Below, one piece after another: positions 19,211 to 28,918 of a DNA stretch of 64,000 bases. This DNA comes from an uncultured virus (IMG/VR IMGVR_UViG_3300011223_000001) (taxonomy: Duplodnaviria; Heunggongvirae; Uroviricota; Caudoviricetes). A program made the translations under genes and the position numbers. Position 1 is the stretch's first letter. The number at the start of each line of letters is the position of its first letter. Below the pieces are notes generated by a model. It was given only the letters and a program-made list of their open reading frames with translations, did not search any database and was not told the DNA's origin. The stretch spans positions 62,001 through 126,000 of IMG/VR virus record IMGVR_UViG_3300011223_000001; one strand, 5' to 3'.

Positions 19211-19522
19211 ATGACCTCAGAACCCCTGCACGAGGGTAGCATGGTCTACCCTCGCTTAACCGTGGAGCATCTGAAGTCACTGATCGAATCGATCCATTAT
19301 AATCACGTTCCCGAAGCCCGCACCACGATCTGTACCGTGATGCTTAAGACCGAATACGCCATCACCGAATCGGTAGTGTGTCCGAACCCTGAGCTCTACG
19401 ATACAGAAGCCGGTGAGCGGCATGCCCTGAACAAGATATTGGTTGCGATCCGTGAACGTGAGTATTATTTGCTGCGTTACTTACTCTACAAAGAAAAGCT
19501 GGCTAAAGCGGGAGACTCCTGA
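19211..19522 (+). CDS. Gp49/Gp66-family phage protein
   Basis: PRLTVEHL..I..Y..TTICTV.L..ITES..C.NPELYD.E.GER.A pattern. Confidence 0.75.
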   Translation: MTSEPLHEGSMVYPRLTVEHLKSLIESIHYNHVPEARTTICTVMLKTEYAITESVVCPNPELYDTEAGERHALNKILVAIREREYYLLRYLLYKEKLAKAGDS

Positions 19523-20745
19523 TGGAAGAAGAAATCAAAGGCATTGCCGAGATCGAGCAAGCCCTGGAAGACCAATGCCTCGGGGAAGTACCCCAACCGA
19601 GCCTTGATGCATTGAAACTGGCTTCGGACAGTTTGAACGAGCTGACCGAAATCAAAGGTGCCATCATTAAAGAAGGCGTCTCCCAAGAAGACGTGCGTTC
19701 GGTCTTCACGGTGATCAAGCGCCTGAACGACGCCGGTATTGAATGTGGCGTCTCGGTGGGGTTGGAAGAGTACGGCCTTAACCACTTTACCACCAGTCGC
19801 ACCATGGTCAACCAGCGGGTGTCATGTGAAGGCATTGGTGCTACCATCGTCAGCGTGATTCGCGCTGCGTTGGAAAAGCTGGTGGAATACGTCGTCGGTG
19901 CAGTGCGCTGGTTCAAGCTGCTGGCTGTTAAGGACAAGGCGATCGATGCTGCCTTCGATAAAGCCAAAGCAAAGACCAAGGACGTCCAAGAAGCCATTGC
20001 TCTGTTCCGTCGTTACAGCATGGCCAACAACAGCGACATCGAAACGCAAGCGCAAGCCTACGCCAAGGAACTACTGCTCAACGGCAGCCTGCCACGTAAC
20101 TACGTGACTCTGGCGGCATTGTTTCACCAGATGACGATCGATGAGATCAAGACCATCCACCGCAAGGTTGAGCGGTCCTGCCTCTACCTGCGTCAGTCGG
20201 TTAAGTCGCTGAAGGTGTTCCTGTCGACCCCATCGTCGGATCTGAACATTGACGTGACCATGCTCGAAGACCTTGCGCAGGTACGTCAACAAGTCGCTGA
20301 TCTGCAAGTCATTGACCCGGATGTCAACTTCCTGACGCTGTTTATCAAACCTGGAGTCTTTGCCGATTCCACGGTGCGTAAACAGGCTGAACCCCTGGCC
20401 AAGTACGAGTACATCCTCAAAGCGTACTTCTCGGTCGCCGACGAGTTGCGCTCGATCCGCAAGATCAACCTGGAAGCCTACGACGATCAAGGCGTGGCCT
20501 TTATCAACGAGGTGATCGGCGAACTCACCACAGCGTTTGAAGACCTGGGTCTGGTGGTGAATTTCTTTGCCACCGTCAAGGCCACCCAAATGGCGGTGTT
20601 CAAAGTTCAGCTCAACTACCTGAACCGCTACGCCTCGCTGTTGTACCTCAACGCACGCGACTCAGCAGTTCACGAAGCCACCAAAGCCAAAGTTCAAGGC
20701 GTCTTTGACGACCTGGAAAAGAAGCTTAAGTCCTACGGTATTTAA
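19522..20745 (+). CDS. internal head protein (propeptide-bearing)
   Basis: Acidic N-terminus with VSQE/GLEE/VSCE protease-type sites followed by an amphipathic helix. Confidence 0.8.
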   Translation: MEEEIKGIAEIEQALEDQCLGEVPQPSLDALKLASDSLNELTEIKGAIIKEGVSQEDVRSVFTVIKRLNDAGIECGVSVGLEEYGLNHFTTSRTMVNQRVSCEGIGATIVSVIRAALEKLVEYVVGAVRWFKLLAVKDKAIDAAFDKAKAKTKDVQEAIALFRRYSMANNSDIETQAQAYAKELLLNGSLPRNYVTLAALFHQMTIDEIKTIHRKVERSCLYLRQSVKSLKVFLSTPSSDLNIDVTMLEDLAQVRQQVADLQVIDPDVNFLTLFIKPGVFADSTVRKQAEPLAKYEYILKAYFSVADELRSIRKINLEAYDDQGVAFINEVIGELTTAFEDLGLVVNFFATVKATQMAVFKVQLNYLNRYASLLYLNARDSAVHEATKAKVQGVFDDLEKKLKSYGI

Positions 20746-20788
20746 GACAGGGTCCGCCTTCGGGCGGACTTATGTTAGTGAGGAGTAT

Positions 20789-21706
20789 ATGTTTGAAGCA
20801 TGGCTAGGTGCCCGACTTAAAAAGACACCCCCATTTGAACCGGCTATTGAAAATGCCGTTTTCAGCAGCGGCACGCCTCCAAGTGAAGTGGGGTTCCACT
20901 ACAACCCAGTGGTAGTCGGCAGTCGCTTGTACCACTTCGGTTTCTACACAGGTACAGCAGGTTCAAACCGCGCGCGGTACTACGACACGACAACCAACAC
21001 CTTCAAAGAACTTGCCCCATTGCCCACCACAGTCTATGGCGCTTGTGCTTTACATGCCAACGGTAAAATCTATATCCTAGGTGGCACCCGCGGCAACGGT
21101 TCAAACACCGTGATCATTTACGATATCGCCAGCAACACCTATACGCAGTCTATTCGTGTGTTGCCGGCGATGACGTTCTTTGCGGCGGCGATCAAGGACA
21201 ATTTGATCTACATCGCTAACGCCGACAACACCGGAACGCTGTATATCTACAACATCCTCACCGACACCTACACCACGACGGCACTGAATGTTCCATCGCT
21301 GAATTGTGGTTCCTGTACCATTGTCGGTGATTACATCTACGTCTTTGGTGGCCGTACTGCTGGTACGCTTATCCACCAACGCACTGCTTACCGCATCCAC
21401 TTGACGACACTGCTCGTGCAGCAGCTCGAACCATTACCACACCCGTTGATGGTGGTGTGGAACCGCTTTGTGCACAAGAAGTACATCGTCTTCGTCGGTG
21501 GGTTCGACGCCTCGTCCGTATCAAGCTTCACCCATGGCTTCTTTTACTACGATACGGAAACCGACATGTATAAGGTACTCACTACCCCACAGAATATCCG
21601 CGGGTACGCATGGAGTGGATTGATCGATAACACCTTTTACATGATCGGCGGTATTACCAACAACACAGGGAAAAGTGACACCCTGAAGCTGACGTTGGCG
21701 ATCTAA
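20789..21706 (+). CDS. Kelch-repeat beta-propeller protein
   Basis: IYILGG, IYVFGG, VFVGG, FYMIGG blades; GAGGAG RBS before ATG 20789. Confidence 0.85.
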   Translation: MFEAWLGARLKKTPPFEPAIENAVFSSGTPPSEVGFHYNPVVVGSRLYHFGFYTGTAGSNRARYYDTTTNTFKELAPLPTTVYGACALHANGKIYILGGTRGNGSNTVIIYDIASNTYTQSIRVLPAMTFFAAAIKDNLIYIANADNTGTLYIYNILTDTYTTTALNVPSLNCGSCTIVGDYIYVFGGRTAGTLIHQRTAYRIHLTTLLVQQLEPLPHPLMVVWNRFVHKKYIVFVGGFDASSVSSFTHGFFYYDTETDMYKVLTTPQNIRGYAWSGLIDNTFYMIGGITNNTGKSDTLKLTLAI

Positions 21707-21707
21707 G

Positions 21708-21746
21708 CGACATAGAGCCCGCCCTTTTGAGGCGGGCCTTATGCCG
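21708..21746. terminator. CGACATA...TATGCCG bidirectional hairpin
   Basis: GCCCGCC CTTTTGA GGCGGGC stem between convergent genes. Confidence 0.8.
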
Positions 21747-23399
21747 TTACTTGTGACGCAGGAAGTTGATCGTCAGATCGTCTTCGATCATCAGTTCTTC
21801 GTTGGTGAGGACGGTGGGCTTCTTACGCAGCGACATGCGTTTGGAATCGTCACTCAGGGTGAGGATGCCAAAGTCAGACACACCGCCCAACCCGGACACT
21901 TCCACACCCTCGACATCATCACCGGCGGCAAGTTTCAACGCCGCGATGATGTCCGAACGCACCACACGACCCTGACCCAAGTACTGGGTGATGATACGTT
22001 TGGTGGTGTCGATCAGGGTTGGACGCAAGCTGGTGTTGCTGTAGCTTGCAGCGTCCATGTAGTACGTGACATTCAGCGACTGATCCAAAGAGATCTCAGA
22101 CAGCAAGCCGTCTTTAACCGTGGCGGTGGTCGTACCGAATGTGCTGATCGGGTAGAAGTACATCTCAGCCCCGTCAAGCAGTTGTTTGCGAATGACGGCG
22201 ATGTCATTATTGACCCAGTTCACCACCTGCATTGGAATCTCGTCGCGGTAAGCTACCGATGAGGCTTCTGTTGCAAAGTGGTACATGCCATCCACCAGGA
22301 ACATGGTGAATTCACGCAGGATCTTGCGCGGTGCCAAGAGGATCGGTTGCTGCTGCGCATCGAGCATGGTATCGCCCTTGCGGTATTGCATCACCGGGTT
22401 ACCCTTGTCATCCAAGACAGGATCGCCTTGTTGGTGGAGTACGGTGTACTTGAGCTGACCGTTGACCAGCGCGATTTTAAGCGCACCGTCGGCGTCGCGT
22501 TCAAACACAGTCTCGGTGTATTTAGCCGGTACGTCTTCAGCGTACGTACGGTAGGACTCGGCCGACAACACCGGACGGTTACGCCGCCACAAGTCGGTCA
22601 GCTCATAACCAAACCGTACCGTCAGACGATCGCGCTGCACCACCATGAACGTGTGAGATACCAAGTGATCTTGCACCAAGGCATCCACGTCATCGTTGGC
22701 CACGTAGCCTGGGGTTTCTACACCATCGACGATGATCGAGAAGTCTAGGTCGTGTTCCATGTTCAGTGCGTAGTGTGTCTGTCGCAGGTCAAACATGGAG
22801 AGGTTGGTGGTGTACAAGCCGTTGTTGACACCCACATCGAAACGGGTTTTGATGTCAAACCGAAAGACGCGTTCATCGTTATCCAGTCCAAGGAACTCGC
22901 CGTTAAGGCTGGCGTACTGCTGTTCACCGATGGGTCGATAACCAAGCTGAACCTTGATCAGTTCATCTTCAAGCTTCTTGAACTGACTGTCGGTTTTAAG
23001 GCGTACCTCGATACGGAAACCGTCGGTGATCCGTTCGATGGTGTACGTATCCAACGTTGCTTGCAACTGGCTGCGGTCGTTCGCACCGGCGTACTGTTTG
23101 CGGATGATCTTCGGTGCCCCGAAGTAATACGGCCGTACGTCGAAGTTTTCACTGGAGGCATCAAGCACATAGTGGAACGGGGTGTAGAGGTAGCGCCCGT
23201 CACTTAGCATACGACCTTGTGCTTCAGCATTGGCGTTATGTAACGCCGCGATACGGGCATCGTCAACCGGCGTCACCACACCGTTGTTGTAATCGAACAA
23301 CATTGTCGGTAACAGCGTGATGCGATCACCGTTGTCTTTAACGTGCGCACTCAAGGCAAGCTGTTCCATGGTCGCTTGAGTTTGGGTCATGATGGTCAC
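21747..23399 (-). CDS. baseplate wedge-like virion protein, C-terminal part (phiKZ gp87-like)
   Basis: 550-aa ORF with no clear RBS, continuing the upstream ORF in the -1 frame. Confidence 0.75.
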   Translation of the reverse strand: MTIMTQTQATMEQLALSAHVKDNGDRITLLPTMLFDYNNGVVTPVDDARIAALHNANAEAQGRMLSDGRYLYTPFHYVLDASSENFDVRPYYFGAPKIIRKQYAGANDRSQLQATLDTYTIERITDGFRIEVRLKTDSQFKKLEDELIKVQLGYRPIGEQQYASLNGEFLGLDNDERVFRFDIKTRFDVGVNNGLYTTNLSMFDLRQTHYALNMEHDLDFSIIVDGVETPGYVANDDVDALVQDHLVSHTFMVVQRDRLTVRFGYELTDLWRRNRPVLSAESYRTYAEDVPAKYTETVFERDADGALKIALVNGQLKYTVLHQQGDPVLDDKGNPVMQYRKGDTMLDAQQQPILLAPRKILREFTMFLVDGMYHFATEASSVAYRDEIPMQVVNWVNNDIAVIRKQLLDGAEMYFYPISTFGTTTATVKDGLLSEISLDQSLNVTYYMDAASYSNTSLRPTLIDTTKRIITQYLGQGRVVRSDIIAALKLAAGDDVEGVEVSGLGGVSDFGILTLSDDSKRMSLRKKPTVLTNEELMIEDDLTINFLRHK

Positions 23400-23410
23400 A
23401 ACCGTATAGG

Positions 23411-24649
23411 CTACAGAGCCGAGGCTACCGAGTTGTTCGTCGGGGGTGGCAAGCGCCGCGTGGCCAAGAACTGACGATGGGTGATGTTGTTCACGCTGGA
23501 CACTAACCCGTAGCCCTTGCGCTCCAGGTAGTAGTTAAGCTGAACATCGGTAATGGGGAATGGTGCACCGTCCATAACCCCGTCAATGACTGCATCACGC
23601 AACGCTTCAAAAGACACCGCATTACCTCCGCCCTGGACACGCCCTGGGGAGAAGCATTGGCATTCACTGAGTTTGGTGATAGGGTCAGTGTATGTCTTGT
23701 CGTCATCGATGGTGATGAAGTCGACCTTGTAAGCCTCAGCGCTGTAACTACCCAAGTCAACGTCTACGGCCCCTTTGGTGGTGTAGATGTCAACCCGCAG
23801 TTCGCCTGCCGCGGTGCCGTTGGTCGTGTACACTAAGGGGAAATCAGCAAACACCTTACCGTTCAGCACTTTCAGGCACAGAGTCAAGCGGGTAGGGTCA
23901 AAGGACTGTTCGCTGTGGGTGGTGTGGATCTCTTTCCACGTGCCCTTACCTGTACTGATGTAGGCCCGAGCATGCAGGAACTGATCGGTGAAGCTGTAGG
24001 TGCCTTCAAAAGGTGTCGAGGGGTTAAGCTCCTCGACGTAGGTCTTGCATTGGAACTGGTATACAGGCACCTTAAGCAGCAGGTACCACTGACGGTTGAT
24101 CGACAGTTCAACGGCGTCAACCAGGTTGGAATTCATGGTTTGCAGGGGTGAGGTCACATCAAGGTCGTACACCACCTGTAGCCCACCATGACGCATTTGG
24201 CGGATCACGATAGGGTACTGCATGGTGAAGCTCATACCCGCCACTTGAATCGTGGTACTGCGCGGGATGATGAGTTGCTTTACCCCATCATCACCCACTG
24301 GCACCATCTTCGAGATGATCTCGGCCTTGTTGATGTAGAACTCAAACTGACCCACAGCCGGGCTGGCAAAGCGCTGAAGGTAGTCATCATCTGACATGTG
24401 CAGATAGATCTCTTCGGCGGTGATGGCGTTGTTGCGGTACAGCCTGCGTACCAGTGATTCCCCTTCGGTGATGGCCAGCGAGGCCATCAGTGTGCCATGC
24501 TCCAACGCAAACACAAACGGGTGACTGCCATCCGGCACGTCGTAGGAACCGTTACCGTTAACTTGGTTCTCCAGCTCGTTCAGCGCCAGTTGAATGACAA
24601 GGTTTGGGTTGGTCCTCATCAATTCCAGCTTAGCTTTATAGTCGCTCAT
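23411..24649 (-). CDS. baseplate wedge-like virion protein, N-terminal part (phiKZ gp87-like)
   Basis: HPFVFALE, A.T.EE.YLHMSD.DY..RFASPA, GG.NA.SFE.LRD.VI (baseplate J/gp6-like). Confidence 0.8.
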   Translation of the reverse strand: MSDYKAKLELMRTNPNLVIQLALNELENQVNGNGSYDVPDGSHPFVFALEHGTLMASLAITEGESLVRRLYRNNAITAEEIYLHMSDDDYLQRFASPAVGQFEFYINKAEIISKMVPVGDDGVKQLIIPRSTTIQVAGMSFTMQYPIVIRQMRHGGLQVVYDLDVTSPLQTMNSNLVDAVELSINRQWYLLLKVPVYQFQCKTYVEELNPSTPFEGTYSFTDQFLHARAYISTGKGTWKEIHTTHSEQSFDPTRLTLCLKVLNGKVFADFPLVYTTNGTAAGELRVDIYTTKGAVDVDLGSYSAEAYKVDFITIDDDKTYTDPITKLSECQCFSPGRVQGGGNAVSFEALRDAVIDGVMDGAPFPITDVQLNYYLERKGYGLVSSVNNITHRQFLATRRLPPPTNNSVASAL

Positions 24650-24661
24650 TGTTCACCTTTA

Positions 24662-25750
24662 TTACCGTGCTGTCTGACCGGCGCCAGGCACCGTCGTGGA
24701 TTGGTTGCCTGCGGTTGTTGGCACCTCAACGCGAAGTACCCCGACCTTCTGAGATTCGTAGAGTGATTTAAAGACCCACCACTCAAGTTCCATCGTAGCC
24801 GGTTCAATGCGGGGGTAAGCCCCTTTGTGGTTGAAGTACTCACGTTCCCAGGGTTTAAGCTTCACCATGTTTTGTTCGCGAGTACCATCGGCCATTGATG
24901 GGTTGAACTCTTCTTGGAGCTCATTGAATTCATAAATCAGAATATGGTCGTAGTAAGTAAAACCTACCGCTTTGAATACGAAGGTGATGTTATCGCCCAC
25001 ACCCGGGAACGGGCTGTTGTTACCAGAGCTATCAAAGTCAGCATGCTGGGCTAACGCGGCGGTAATCGGGAAGGCGGCGCCACAGGCAAACAGCCGTGTG
25101 ACGTAGGTGCGGGTGACGTCGGTGACCAACCGGTAGATCCGGGTGTTGTAGTCAAGCACGTTGTACATGACGTTGTCAGGATAGGGCATAATGCGCCCTT
25201 CACGGCCAAGCCCCTGGTAGCGCTCCCACATTAACATCATGAATGTTATAGGGTCGCCGATGAGGTTCTTAAACGTGCACTGTAGGTCAAAGCTGCCGTA
25301 CATATACGGCACGTCATCGACGTAGCTGTAGACTTCGCGGTACAACCCAGGGTCTGAGGTAAAGGTCCCTAGGGTGAAATCTTCCCAGCCCGAAATCGAA
25401 ACCAAGTTATTACCCAATAGGGGGATAAAGGGGTTTAAGGGGTCTACGTTCTCACACGTAAGGCCAGCGCGATGCGCTTCAGGATCGAGGTAGGAACGCA
25501 GTGCACGCTGAATCCCGGTGGGTGCTTCCATAAGCAGGTTGGACATCAGCCGGTCGACTTGTAAGTTATCGTATGACAAATTCAAATCGGGTCTCGTGAA
25601 GAACGTAAAGCCGTGGTTCTCCGTGTTCAATTGAGTCGGGGAGAAACGGCCGACCATGTTGTTCCCGAACAGGGTATCGGACAGAACCCGATCCGCAGGA
25701 GAAAAACCACTATTCTGTGTGATCTGATTTAAATAGTTCTCATATGCCAT
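24662..25750 (-). CDS. virion structural protein, tail tube-like/baseplate (phiKZ gp88-like)
   Basis: GFTFFTRPDLNLSYDN, DYNTRIYRLV motifs; synteny. Confidence 0.8.
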   Translation of the reverse strand: MAYENYLNQITQNSGFSPADRVLSDTLFGNNMVGRFSPTQLNTENHGFTFFTRPDLNLSYDNLQVDRLMSNLLMEAPTGIQRALRSYLDPEAHRAGLTCENVDPLNPFIPLLGNNLVSISGWEDFTLGTFTSDPGLYREVYSYVDDVPYMYGSFDLQCTFKNLIGDPITFMMLMWERYQGLGREGRIMPYPDNVMYNVLDYNTRIYRLVTDVTRTYVTRLFACGAAFPITAALAQHADFDSSGNNSPFPGVGDNITFVFKAVGFTYYDHILIYEFNELQEEFNPSMADGTREQNMVKLKPWEREYFNHKGAYPRIEPATMELEWWVFKSLYESQKVGVLRVEVPTTAGNQSTTVPGAGQTAR

Positions 25751-25783
25751 GCCGAACACCACTTGTGTAAAAGGATTAATGCC

Positions 25784-26941
25784 ATGCCGCTACCCGCCGC
25801 AGCCATTCCGCTTGCAATGTCGGTCGCCAAAACGACTGCCGCCACCATTGCCGCCAACGCCGCCACCACTGCCATCGGCTCGATGGTCGCCGCTGTTAAG
25901 AACGGCACTGATATCAGTTCGTTAGCGGACCTGGCTCGCCCTGCGCGAGTTGAGCCGCTGGTGCTGGTTGAACAAACACTTCAAAACCAACCGTACATGG
26001 AAAACGTGATGAAGTTCACGTTGACCAACTTTGCCGCCTACTACCTGCAAGCGTTCAACATGCTGATGAACGTGGGTCGCATCGAAACCCTCAAGGTCTT
26101 CGACAGCCTGAACCCTAACCGCACGGTCGGGGCGAACATGAGCAGTGCCCTGCTTCAAGGCACCATCCTGTCCAAAGAAGACTACGACAGCGGCCTGCCG
26201 TCGCTGGAAGACTACGATCAGCCCTCGCTGCCAGGCCTGCTGGGCACCGTGACCTGCGAAGACTTCGAAGGCGTCATGGGTAATGCCAAGGTCGACAAGC
26301 TGTATGAGGTTGAAAGCCTGTCGGTGGGTAAGTTGATCAACGTCGAACTCAAAGACGGTGACAACATCGCCAAGATCCCTGTGCTGATTCGTTTGCAGTC
26401 GACGACTGTACAAACCAACATCATGACACATATCTTTACCGCCGGGGGCCGTGACAGCTATGGCGAGCGCTTCCAATTGGCCCGTGCTGGGTTGATTCGC
26501 CCGATCCGTGACCTGATCTTTGGCATCGACCTGCTCGATGAACACCGCCGTACACTGATGAACGACACCAGTGGGGCGTACAAGGCCGTCACCGACCGTC
26601 GTCGCAACAACGTCAGAAAGGCCGCCATGTCCGGTGTGGTTTCCGCTGCTGATGCCTCGAACGTGGCCGTGGTTACCAAACGCACTGCCAAAGAGATGGG
26701 CAAGCGTTTGTTCGGCAAGCTTGACACGCAAGCGGTCCGTGACCGCATCTTCAACAACAGCTATCTGCTGCTGCTGATCGTGGTCGACGAAGACTACGAA
26801 AACATCACTGTTTACCACCGCGGCCTGGACATTCCCGGTCAGCACTCCTTCAAGGAAATCGCGAGCGCCGAGAAGGGTCGTGGCCAGGACATCACCGACG
26901 TGTATCGGATGATCTTGGGCGCCATGGGCTCGAACGTTTGA
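25784..26941 (+). CDS. internal head/inner body protein (phiKZ gp89-like)
   Basis: ARVEPLVLVE, LSVGKLINVEL, IPVLIRL; S-X-E sites; AAGGA RBS. Confidence 0.8.
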   Translation: MPLPAAAIPLAMSVAKTTAATIAANAATTAIGSMVAAVKNGTDISSLADLARPARVEPLVLVEQTLQNQPYMENVMKFTLTNFAAYYLQAFNMLMNVGRIETLKVFDSLNPNRTVGANMSSALLQGTILSKEDYDSGLPSLEDYDQPSLPGLLGTVTCEDFEGVMGNAKVDKLYEVESLSVGKLINVELKDGDNIAKIPVLIRLQSTTVQTNIMTHIFTAGGRDSYGERFQLARAGLIRPIRDLIFGIDLLDEHRRTLMNDTSGAYKAVTDRRRNNVRKAAMSGVVSAADASNVAVVTKRTAKEMGKRLFGKLDTQAVRDRIFNNSYLLLLIVVDEDYENITVYHRGLDIPGQHSFKEIASAEKGRGQDITDVYRMILGAMGSNV

Positions 26942-26957
26942 CAAAGGGCTTAAGTAA

Positions 26958-27866
26958 ATGAAACCGATCCTTGATTACCTGCGTGGCTTGTTGCCACTTT
27001 ACGAGCGCCGTGAGCTGTTGAACGTGATCAACAGCCTGCGTGATGAGCACACCGAATGCTTGATGCCGGCTGTGCAACAAGTCCGCGACCTGCTGGGTGA
27101 CCACACCTTCACGTCCAAGCTGTACGGTGAGTATGAAGTTCAACTGCGCCGTCAGATCAACTACAACCAACCAGCGATCACCATGCTGGTAAAGTCGATT
27201 GAAAACCTCCAGGCACTGTTCCCGTTCTTGGAAAAAGAAGTGCGTGATCACTTCGGTCCCCAGATCGCTTCGGGCAGCATGACCTACGACGCTGTTAACG
27301 TCATGCGCTACCTGGACTCGGTTGGTTTCTACGTGCGTTATGCCCGTAAGTTCCTGCTCAAGATCGTGGCCGATGAAGCGACAGCCCTGGGCGGTACCCC
27401 GCAAGACCTGGTTAAAGGCGAGCGTGAGTATCTGGAACAAAACCTGGCCAACTTCGCTGGCCTATTGCCGTCGATGATCAAGTCTGAAGGCGAGCTGCGT
27501 CAAACCTTCCGCAAGGTCTCCACGGCTGTGGTGGACAGCGCCACCGCTGACCTTGCCTTTACCTCGCTGGGTAAAGACAAGATCGATCCCCTGCGTATCG
27601 CCAACTTCTCCCCACAGGAAAACTGGCTGATGTCGGTCGGTCGCATGTGGGTCGAATGGCAGGTGGCCCGCCACAAGTCGGCGCAAGAAGACCTCGCTGC
27701 ACTCAAGATGCGCTTGGTCGAGCTTGAAGAACTCAAGCGCAACGGCAAAGCCAGCCCCGCAGTGCAGAAGGCCATCGGTCGTCTGGAAGACCGCATCAGC
27801 AAGCTCGATGCCCGTCTCAAGAAAGTCGAGGAAGATGCTCGTGAAGAGCAGGGGATGGTTGCATGA
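26958..27866 (+). CDS. internal head/inner body protein (phiKZ gp90-like)
   Basis: Helical ORF with C-terminal coiled coil; synteny. Confidence 0.8.
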   Translation: MKPILDYLRGLLPLYERRELLNVINSLRDEHTECLMPAVQQVRDLLGDHTFTSKLYGEYEVQLRRQINYNQPAITMLVKSIENLQALFPFLEKEVRDHFGPQIASGSMTYDAVNVMRYLDSVGFYVRYARKFLLKIVADEATALGGTPQDLVKGEREYLEQNLANFAGLLPSMIKSEGELRQTFRKVSTAVVDSATADLAFTSLGKDKIDPLRIANFSPQENWLMSVGRMWVEWQVARHKSAQEDLAALKMRLVELEELKRNGKASPAVQKAIGRLEDRISKLDARLKKVEEDAREEQGMVA

Positions 27867-28393
27867 CCATGCCCAATGCGGTTAAAGAGCTGCGCAGTAA
27901 CTCAGGCTACCACGGCGGCCAAGCTGACTCCTTACCGGCGGTGGCTTTTCGCGATGGGCAACCGGAGGTGGTGGCGTTGTACCGTGAGTTCACAGGCCCT
28001 GGCGCTGTGACTTCCAATTGGGCATTTCGTCGTCGCGTCTTGCAACTGGCCATGAAGCTCTTCACAGGGCGCACGAACTGGTTCATTGGCGTGGACGACG
28101 ATCCGACCATCCAGCACTACAACTACGAGTTCATCCTCGACACGGTGCGCTTTATCGCCACCGGCCACCGCCGGATCTCGGTGCACAGCTGGCCTGACCT
28201 GATTGGGCATAACCAACCGGGTCTGGTGAGCAAGGAACACAGCTCGGTGCGGGCGCTGTTTAAAGAGCTGGCCATCTCTGCGGACATGGTCACCTTGATC
28301 CAGCGCTGGTGTCAACAACGCAACGGTGTAGATGACCTCATGTACACCCTGAATATCTTGTTCGGCGATCGCGTCGTTCAAGTGAATCAGTAA
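27863..28393 (+). CDS. virion protein (phiKZ gp91-like)
   Basis: ATGA overlap; YNYEFILDTVRFIATG. Confidence 0.75.
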   Translation: MTMPNAVKELRSNSGYHGGQADSLPAVAFRDGQPEVVALYREFTGPGAVTSNWAFRRRVLQLAMKLFTGRTNWFIGVDDDPTIQHYNYEFILDTVRFIATGHRRISVHSWPDLIGHNQPGLVSKEHSSVRALFKELAISADMVTLIQRWCQQRNGVDDLMYTLNILFGDRVVQVNQ

Positions 28394-28396
28394 AAC

Positions 28397-28421
28397 GAGG
28401 GAGGGCAACCTCCCTCTTTTT
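28397..28421 (+). terminator. intrinsic terminator
   Basis: GAGGGAGG GCAA CCTCCCTC TTTTT. Confidence 0.8.
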
Positions 28422-28441
28422 GACAGCTTTAGGAGTAGACC

Positions 28442-28918
28442 ATGCGTCATTTGAAGCAGTACATCGAACGCGTCAGTAGCGAAAGCGCCGAAACCACCGA
28501 CGTCGACCTCACCCCAAAAGATCCGGTGATCGCCCAAGTGACTGACTCCGAGCCGGAGCAGATCGAAGAGATCGATCCGAACGCGGTCGTTGAACCTGAT
28601 CCAGAGCAGGTTGCTCAGCAGATCAAGGAATACACCGACATCAAGACCTCGCTGGAAGAATACAGCGGCCTGGTGAAAGCGGCCAAAGGCCGTGGTGGTC
28701 TGCGTGCTGAGGAAGGGGCTCTGTTGTCTGTGGGTGTGCGCCACATGCGCACGCGCCTGGGCATGGATCAGAAGACGGTCTCGCAAGAAGACTTCGGCGG
28801 CACCATGTCGCGCAACGCTGCAACTGACCTGGTCAACGAAGACATTGATGAAGCCATCGGTGTGGCCGATCAGCGCCTGGAAGAACTGACCCCAGGCGAA
28901 GGAATCGAAAATGTCTAA
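28442..28918 (+). CDS. head protein paralog, mostly propeptide
   Basis: VSSE/TSLE/VSQE sites; shares GGL..E.A.L.VG..H...RLG with the next ORF. Confidence 0.8.
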   Translation: MRHLKQYIERVSSESAETTDVDLTPKDPVIAQVTDSEPEQIEEIDPNAVVEPDPEQVAQQIKEYTDIKTSLEEYSGLVKAAKGRGGLRAEEGALLSVGVRHMRTRLGMDQKTVSQEDFGGTMSRNAATDLVNEDIDEAIGVADQRLEELTPGEGIENV

